Source: Candidatus Babeliales bacterium
Lineage (GTDB): Bacteria > Babelota > Babeliae > Babelales > JBFXEV01
Assembly: GCA_050179755.1 (NCBI GenBank)
Contig: JBFXEV010000001.1
Coordinates: 9,994 to 73,993, forward strand
Direction: 5' to 3'
DNA: 64,000 nt
A program made the translations under genes and the position numbers. Below the pieces are notes generated by a model that saw only the letters and a list, made by a program, of their open reading frames with translations, did not search any database and was not told where the DNA came from. Shown here one piece after another: positions 59,440 to 64,000 of the stretch (within the stretch, counting starts at the first letter, position 1; every line of letters starts with the position of its first letter).

Positions 59440-59892
59440 ATGGCTACATCACTCAAAGACTTATTACAAAATATAGTCCCACATCAAACTTCATGGAAAA
59501 CTGAGCTACAACAAAACTGGCACCATATTGTGGGCCATTTGGCCACTCATGTACAATTACTCAAAGTATATGAGAACGCATTACTCCTTGGTGTAAAAGA
59601 TTCAAGTTGGTTGCAAGAGATGTACCTGTTGTCCCCGCTTTTAATTGAGACAATTAATAAAAGTCTTGATAAACCCTACATTAATAAGCTACATTTTAAG
59701 AATGTAGGGGATGGTGAACAAACACAACAGACACGGGCTCCCCAGCCTAAAGAGAAAAAACCGCTGCCACCACAACTCATAAAAAAACATGTAACAAAGT
59801 TCCAGCAAGAAACGCTCGAACGAGTTGAGGATCCGGAATTACGTGAATCTCTTAAACAACTGTTGCTTACTTGCCGCGAGGAGCCAGAATGA
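59440..59892 (+). CDS. DUF721/DciA-like protein
   Basis: LQQNWHHIVG.LA.H...L.LGV.DSSWLQE...LIETIN pattern; likely ATG at 59440. Confidence 0.75.
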   Translation: MATSLKDLLQNIVPHQTSWKTELQQNWHHIVGHLATHVQLLKVYENALLLGVKDSSWLQEMYLLSPLLIETINKSLDKPYINKLHFKNVGDGEQTQQTRAPQPKEKKPLPPQLIKKHVTKFQQETLERVEDPELRESLKQLLLTCREEPE

Positions 59893-60680
59893 AGCGAGTA
59901 TATATACTTCTACTTGCAGGGGAATTTGCAGCCTATGCTAACCCAGAAGCACTAACTCCTGCAGACATAAAAAAAGAAGCCGATGAAGTAAATCATTATC
60001 ATTGGTCATTATGGGGCAACTATCAATATAGGCAAGGCAACATTAAACAAGCTGCCAATTGGTATTCTAAAATACTTGGCGATAATCCCACGCCCTATGC
60101 ACTGCATGGCTATGTAACAGCACTCTATAAATCTCATAATTATCCTGCCATATTAAACGTATTACCTGCTCTTGATGAACAATTTGCAAATGATCGTGAC
60201 ATGCAATTAATTTTTGCGCAAGCACTCCTTTATACCAAAAACTTTAAAGACGCTCACGCCAAATTTTCAAGCATATATGAAAAAAATAAAACACATGCAG
60301 AATCTGCATATTTTGCAGCAGAATCGTATTCACGACTTCAAGAATATACCAAAGCAATGGATGTTATTGATACGTATTTAAAACATTCAACCCAACAGCA
60401 CACTGACTTTCTATTTTATTTTTTAAAAGCACAAATATTTGCCGTGCAACATTATCTTGAAAAAGCACGTGAATTTGCTCTCAAAACATTGGAAATGAAT
60501 CCACGCTTTGAGCAAGCGGCAGTGTTTTTGCAACTTCTTGATAATATAGAGCGTGAAATACTCAAAAGTGGGGCAAAGAATATGACCCAATCTGCCTTGC
60601 GTAAATTTATACCGCAAGTGCAAAAACAATCAAATAATTTTTATCAAACAGAAAAAACGATATACTTTAGTAGATTATAA
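59889..60680 (+). CDS. TPR-repeat protein with signal peptide
   Basis: ATGA overlap with the previous gene; TPR-like helical pairs such as ALKTLEMNPRF. Confidence 0.7.
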   Translation: MKRVYILLLAGEFAAYANPEALTPADIKKEADEVNHYHWSLWGNYQYRQGNIKQAANWYSKILGDNPTPYALHGYVTALYKSHNYPAILNVLPALDEQFANDRDMQLIFAQALLYTKNFKDAHAKFSSIYEKNKTHAESAYFAAESYSRLQEYTKAMDVIDTYLKHSTQQHTDFLFYFLKAQIFAVQHYLEKAREFALKTLEMNPRFEQAAVFLQLLDNIEREILKSGAKNMTQSALRKFIPQVQKQSNNFYQTEKTIYFSRL

Positions 60681-60689
60681 CCCCACTCT

Positions 60690-60727
60690 CCCTGAGTGTT
60701 TTTTCGTAGAAAAAATGTATCGAAGGG
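60690..60727. repeat. REP-like palindromic element
   Basis: ccctgagtg-ttttttcgtagaaaaaa-tgtatcgaaggg; related copy at 23955-24007 (inverted) and a degenerate copy at 18872. Confidence 0.5.
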
Positions 60728-60748
60728 TTGTAGTATAAAAGAACTCTT

Positions 60749-61768
60749 ATGATAAACACCTATTGCTTTGTAGCTGCCAAATCTGCAGGCCACATTTTAC
60801 CCGCTCTTGCTCTTGCAAGACAGACCAAACAGGCTAACCCAAACGCTGAAATAATTTTTATTTCTACAAACACTCTGCTTGATCAGAAATTATTAAACCG
60901 TAATCAAGATATTACGAGGCATATCCCTTTTATGCTCCCTAATATCCCGTATTACAAACCTTGGCGTTTACCAATATTTTTGTGGCAACTAATAAAATGC
61001 ACATATCAAAATTATATGTTACTCAAAAGTATACGCCCTAAATCCATTGTTTCCACCGGTGGCCTTATTGCATTACCAACCTGTCTTGCAGGTTGGTGGC
61101 TCAATATTCCCATTGATTTATATGAGCTTAATGCTGAACCTGGCATGGCAATTAATTGGCTTTCAAAACTTGCAACTCATGTATATTATTGTTTTGACGA
61201 AACGGCACATGCGCTGCCAGCTAAAAAAAGACGCAAAGCACATTACCCGCTCTATATTTCATTAAATACTGCGGCAAAATCATATGCCGATCTTAATTTT
61301 GATAAGAATAAAAAAACTATTTTTCTTTTAGGTGGTTCACAAGGATCCGAAAAACTTAATCAAGCCCTCAAAAATATACTTTCACATAATAAACAACTTG
61401 CAGGATCCGTAAATATAATACACCAAATTGGTGGGCATGAAACTAACCTTGAAACTTGGCGTTCATGGTATAAAGAACATCATATTCCGGCGTATCTATT
61501 TACCTATGAACCAACATGTGTACCATATTATAAATTAGCTGATGTGGTCATTTGTAGATCCGGTGCAGGAACGCTTTTTGAACTTGAAGCACTCCAAAAG
61601 CAGTATATCACTATTCCGCTTGAAACCAAATCAACGCAGCACCAAGTGACAAATGCTGTGGCAATGGAACGCAAGTACCCAAAACTTGTAAAAGTAGTGC
61701 GCCAAAAAGATAATACTCACCATGCTGCCCTTGCGAAAGAAATACAGGCAATATTAGAATCACTATAA
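60749..61768 (+). CDS. murG: UDP-GlcNAc:lipid I transferase MurG
   Basis: SAGHILPA, STGG, ELNAEPG..N, GGSQGS..LN and RSGAGT. Confidence 0.88.
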   Translation: MINTYCFVAAKSAGHILPALALARQTKQANPNAEIIFISTNTLLDQKLLNRNQDITRHIPFMLPNIPYYKPWRLPIFLWQLIKCTYQNYMLLKSIRPKSIVSTGGLIALPTCLAGWWLNIPIDLYELNAEPGMAINWLSKLATHVYYCFDETAHALPAKKRRKAHYPLYISLNTAAKSYADLNFDKNKKTIFLLGGSQGSEKLNQALKNILSHNKQLAGSVNIIHQIGGHETNLETWRSWYKEHHIPAYLFTYEPTCVPYYKLADVVICRSGAGTLFELEALQKQYITIPLETKSTQHQVTNAVAMERKYPKLVKVVRQKDNTHHAALAKEIQAILESL

Positions 61769-61780
61769 AAAAGAGAAGCT

Positions 61781-63301
61781 ATGAACAATCGAATAGCATA
61801 TGCCAAAGATATGCAAAAACAAGTTAAACACGCAGGCAACATACTTTTACTTGGATGCGGCGCGATCGCTCGAGCATCATTGCCATTACTTTTTCAACTT
61901 ATTGATTTTGACCCCAAGAAGCTCACCATAATTGATTTTGCAGACACCAGAAACACGATAACTGACTATTTAAACCAAGGCGTGATTTTTAAACAAGAAA
62001 AAATAACCCCAGAAAATTATAAAAGTATACTGTCACGAACTCTTACTAAAGGCGATTTGCTTCTAGACTTATCCTGGAACATTGATACGTGTGATCTACT
62101 AACATATTGCCATGAGCATGGAATTCTTTATGTAAATACGAGCATTGAAGAATGGAATCCTTACCAACAATTTGCAACGCTCCATGAATCAACGCTCTAC
62201 TATCGCCATCAAGTCATCCGTAAATTGCTTGGAAATTGGCACAACACTATAAGCCAACCAACCGCTATTCTTGATCACGGCGCAAATCCCGGCATGATAT
62301 CTCATTTGGTCAAAAAAGGACTCTGTGACATTGTTACGCAAAAACTTATTCCATCAGAAAAGCTTGTGGATCACGAAAAAGATTCAATGCTGTCTTACAT
62401 TAAAAATAATCAGTTTAATCTGTTGGCGCAAAAAATTGGTTTAAAAGTAGTTCATATTTCTGAGCGCGATACACAAATTTCCAATGATCCCAAAAAACCT
62501 GATGAGTTTGTAAACACGTGGTCTGTTGAAGGCTTGATTGAAGAAGGCTTAGCGCCGGCAGAACTTGGTTGGGGAACTCATGAAAAAGCATTACCACCGG
62601 ACGCATTTACGCATCCAAAGGGCAACAGAAATCAAATCTTTTTAAAATCACGCGGCATGAATACCCTAATGAAAAGTTGGATCAAAAGTGGTCCTATTAT
62701 TGGCATGCTGATCAGACATGGTGAATCATACAGTATTAGTGATCGACTGGCCGTTTTTCCTGACGAACAACAGACAAGTTATATACATCATCCTTTACGG
62801 CATCATGACCGCAAACTGCAAGCACTCTATCGCCCTACCGTGCATTATGTGTATTGCCCCAGCGATAGCGCACTCGCATCTTTACACGAATTTAGAATGC
62901 ATAATTATGAACGGCAAAAAAAACAACGAATTTTATATAATGACATTATATCAGGCACTGATGAATTAGGTTGTCTCTTAATGGGTGATTTTGGTGTGTG
63001 GTGGGTAGGTAGCTTATTGAGTATTGAAGAAGCGCGTGCCATTATTGACCCTAAAAAAAATAAAATTAATGCAACTTCGTTGCAAGTTGCGTCAAGTTTT
63101 GTAGCTTCTGCAATTTATGCGTTGCGCCATCCCAATGTAGGTATTTGTATGGCTGATGATATTGACCATCGAGAAATCTTGGAACTTGCAAGTCCTTTTT
63201 GGGGAGAGATTTGGAGTGGGGAGATTAAACTATCGCCCGATGAAGCACAGAAGATCCGTGAATATCAATTTGAAGACTTCCACGTAACTGAACAACAATG
63301 A
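61781..63301 (+). CDS. hss: Homospermidine synthase
   Basis: LLGCGAI, HGANPG, HISERD, EFVNTWS.EG..EEG..PAELGWG.HE, YRPTVHYVY and NATSLQV. Confidence 0.9.
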   Translation: MNNRIAYAKDMQKQVKHAGNILLLGCGAIARASLPLLFQLIDFDPKKLTIIDFADTRNTITDYLNQGVIFKQEKITPENYKSILSRTLTKGDLLLDLSWNIDTCDLLTYCHEHGILYVNTSIEEWNPYQQFATLHESTLYYRHQVIRKLLGNWHNTISQPTAILDHGANPGMISHLVKKGLCDIVTQKLIPSEKLVDHEKDSMLSYIKNNQFNLLAQKIGLKVVHISERDTQISNDPKKPDEFVNTWSVEGLIEEGLAPAELGWGTHEKALPPDAFTHPKGNRNQIFLKSRGMNTLMKSWIKSGPIIGMLIRHGESYSISDRLAVFPDEQQTSYIHHPLRHHDRKLQALYRPTVHYVYCPSDSALASLHEFRMHNYERQKKQRILYNDIISGTDELGCLLMGDFGVWWVGSLLSIEEARAIIDPKKNKINATSLQVASSFVASAIYALRHPNVGICMADDIDHREILELASPFWGEIWSGEIKLSPDEAQKIREYQFEDFHVTEQQ

Positions 63302-63306
63302 AAATA

Positions 63307-64000
63307 TCAAGAAACAATACCATTTGTTGATTGTGCAAATCCATTTTTTGGGACCAAGATAGTCATTGCACCCGGCGCATTCTGTGCAACTTCCATGCCA
63401 GTTTTTGCATCAACTGTCATCGCTTTAAGTGAATGATCAAACGTAAATCGCTTGCTGTTACATGGAACATCTTTGTGTAAACCAAACCAAATAGGGAACG
63501 CCATGCGCGATGCATAGCAGTTTACACCCATTGGCCGGTTATCATCGCAGCCAATGTATATTGCAGTGGTTAATTCTGGTGTTGCTCCTGCAAACCACGT
63601 AGTGCGCCAATCGTTAGTTGTCCCTGTTTTGCCGATCGCTTCACTATCAATCCATTCTTTGCGTCGTTTCTTACCACGTTCCATACTGGCTTGCAAAACA
63701 CTATTAACTTGATCGGCAACATGCGGCTTTACTACCATCTTTTGTTCAGGCAATGACTTATATATTTTTTTACCCAATGCATCTTTTATCCACACAATAT
63801 AATGCGGTTTTGTATATACGCCATGATTGGCAAAAATATTAAATGTACATGCAACATCAATTAATGTGCGATCAATACAACCAAGCGCAAGCGAAGGATA
63901 AGCAGGCACCAAGCCTAATTGGCCTTTTTCTATAATCTCTGCAGCTTTTTCTGGCCCTACGGTAAGCAATGCTTTAATGCTCACAATATTATTAGAACGA
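63307..64000 (-). CDS. Class A penicillin-binding protein (PBP1A family), C-terminal part; start outside the window
   Basis: SNN (SxN) at the window edge, YPSLALG, GKTGTTND and WFAG.TP.L. Confidence 0.88.
   Translation of the reverse strand, partial: RSNNIVSIKALLTVGPEKAAEIIEKGQLGLVPAYPSLALGCIDRTLIDVACTFNIFANHGVYTKPHYIVWIKDALGKKIYKSLPEQKMVVKPHVADQVNSVLQASMERGKKRRKEWIDSEAIGKTGTTNDWRTTWFAGATPELTTAIYIGCDDNRPMGVNCYASRMAFPIWFGLHKDVPCNSKRFTFDHSLKAMTVDAKTGMEVAQNAPGAMTILVPKNGFAQSTNGIVS

Overview
AT-rich bacterial chromosomal segment. The gene content suggests a host-associated organism, most likely Candidatus Dependentiae/Babelota (TM6); this is an inference from ankyrin/WD40/TPR proteins with signal peptides, Cys-rich secreted beta-helix paralogs and a split atp operon. 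Housekeeping genes include potABCD, a BamA/TamA-family barrel, gltX, rpsU, rbfA, pilD, a pilin, tsaC/sua5, a folC-like gene, atpI/atpB/atpE, a cysteine synthase/CBS, tmk, holB, archease-rtcB-thpR, a dciA-like gene, murG, homospermidine synthase and a partial PBP1A. Four things stand out. (1) A minus-strand three-gene cluster (1-9632) encodes a 1445-aa beta-rich secreted protein, an outer-membrane beta-barrel and a giant (>1114 aa) Cys-Cys hendecad coiled-coil repeat protein that runs off the window and is missing from the ORF track; it is a candidate disulfide-crosslinked surface fibre/envelope system. (2) An F-type ATP synthase c subunit is made of four fused hairpins, three of which keep the ion-binding carboxylate. 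(3) A candidate new polymorphic toxin locus (52774-59408) has a carrier-only paralog, a signal-peptide toxin with a C-terminal PD-(D/E)xK nuclease, and five tandem homologous immunity-like genes, one frameshifted. (4) A secreted beta-helix protein is fused to an AlkB-like dioxygenase. No rRNA, tRNA, CRISPR array or transposase was recognised. All calls are from reading motifs by eye; no database searches were run.
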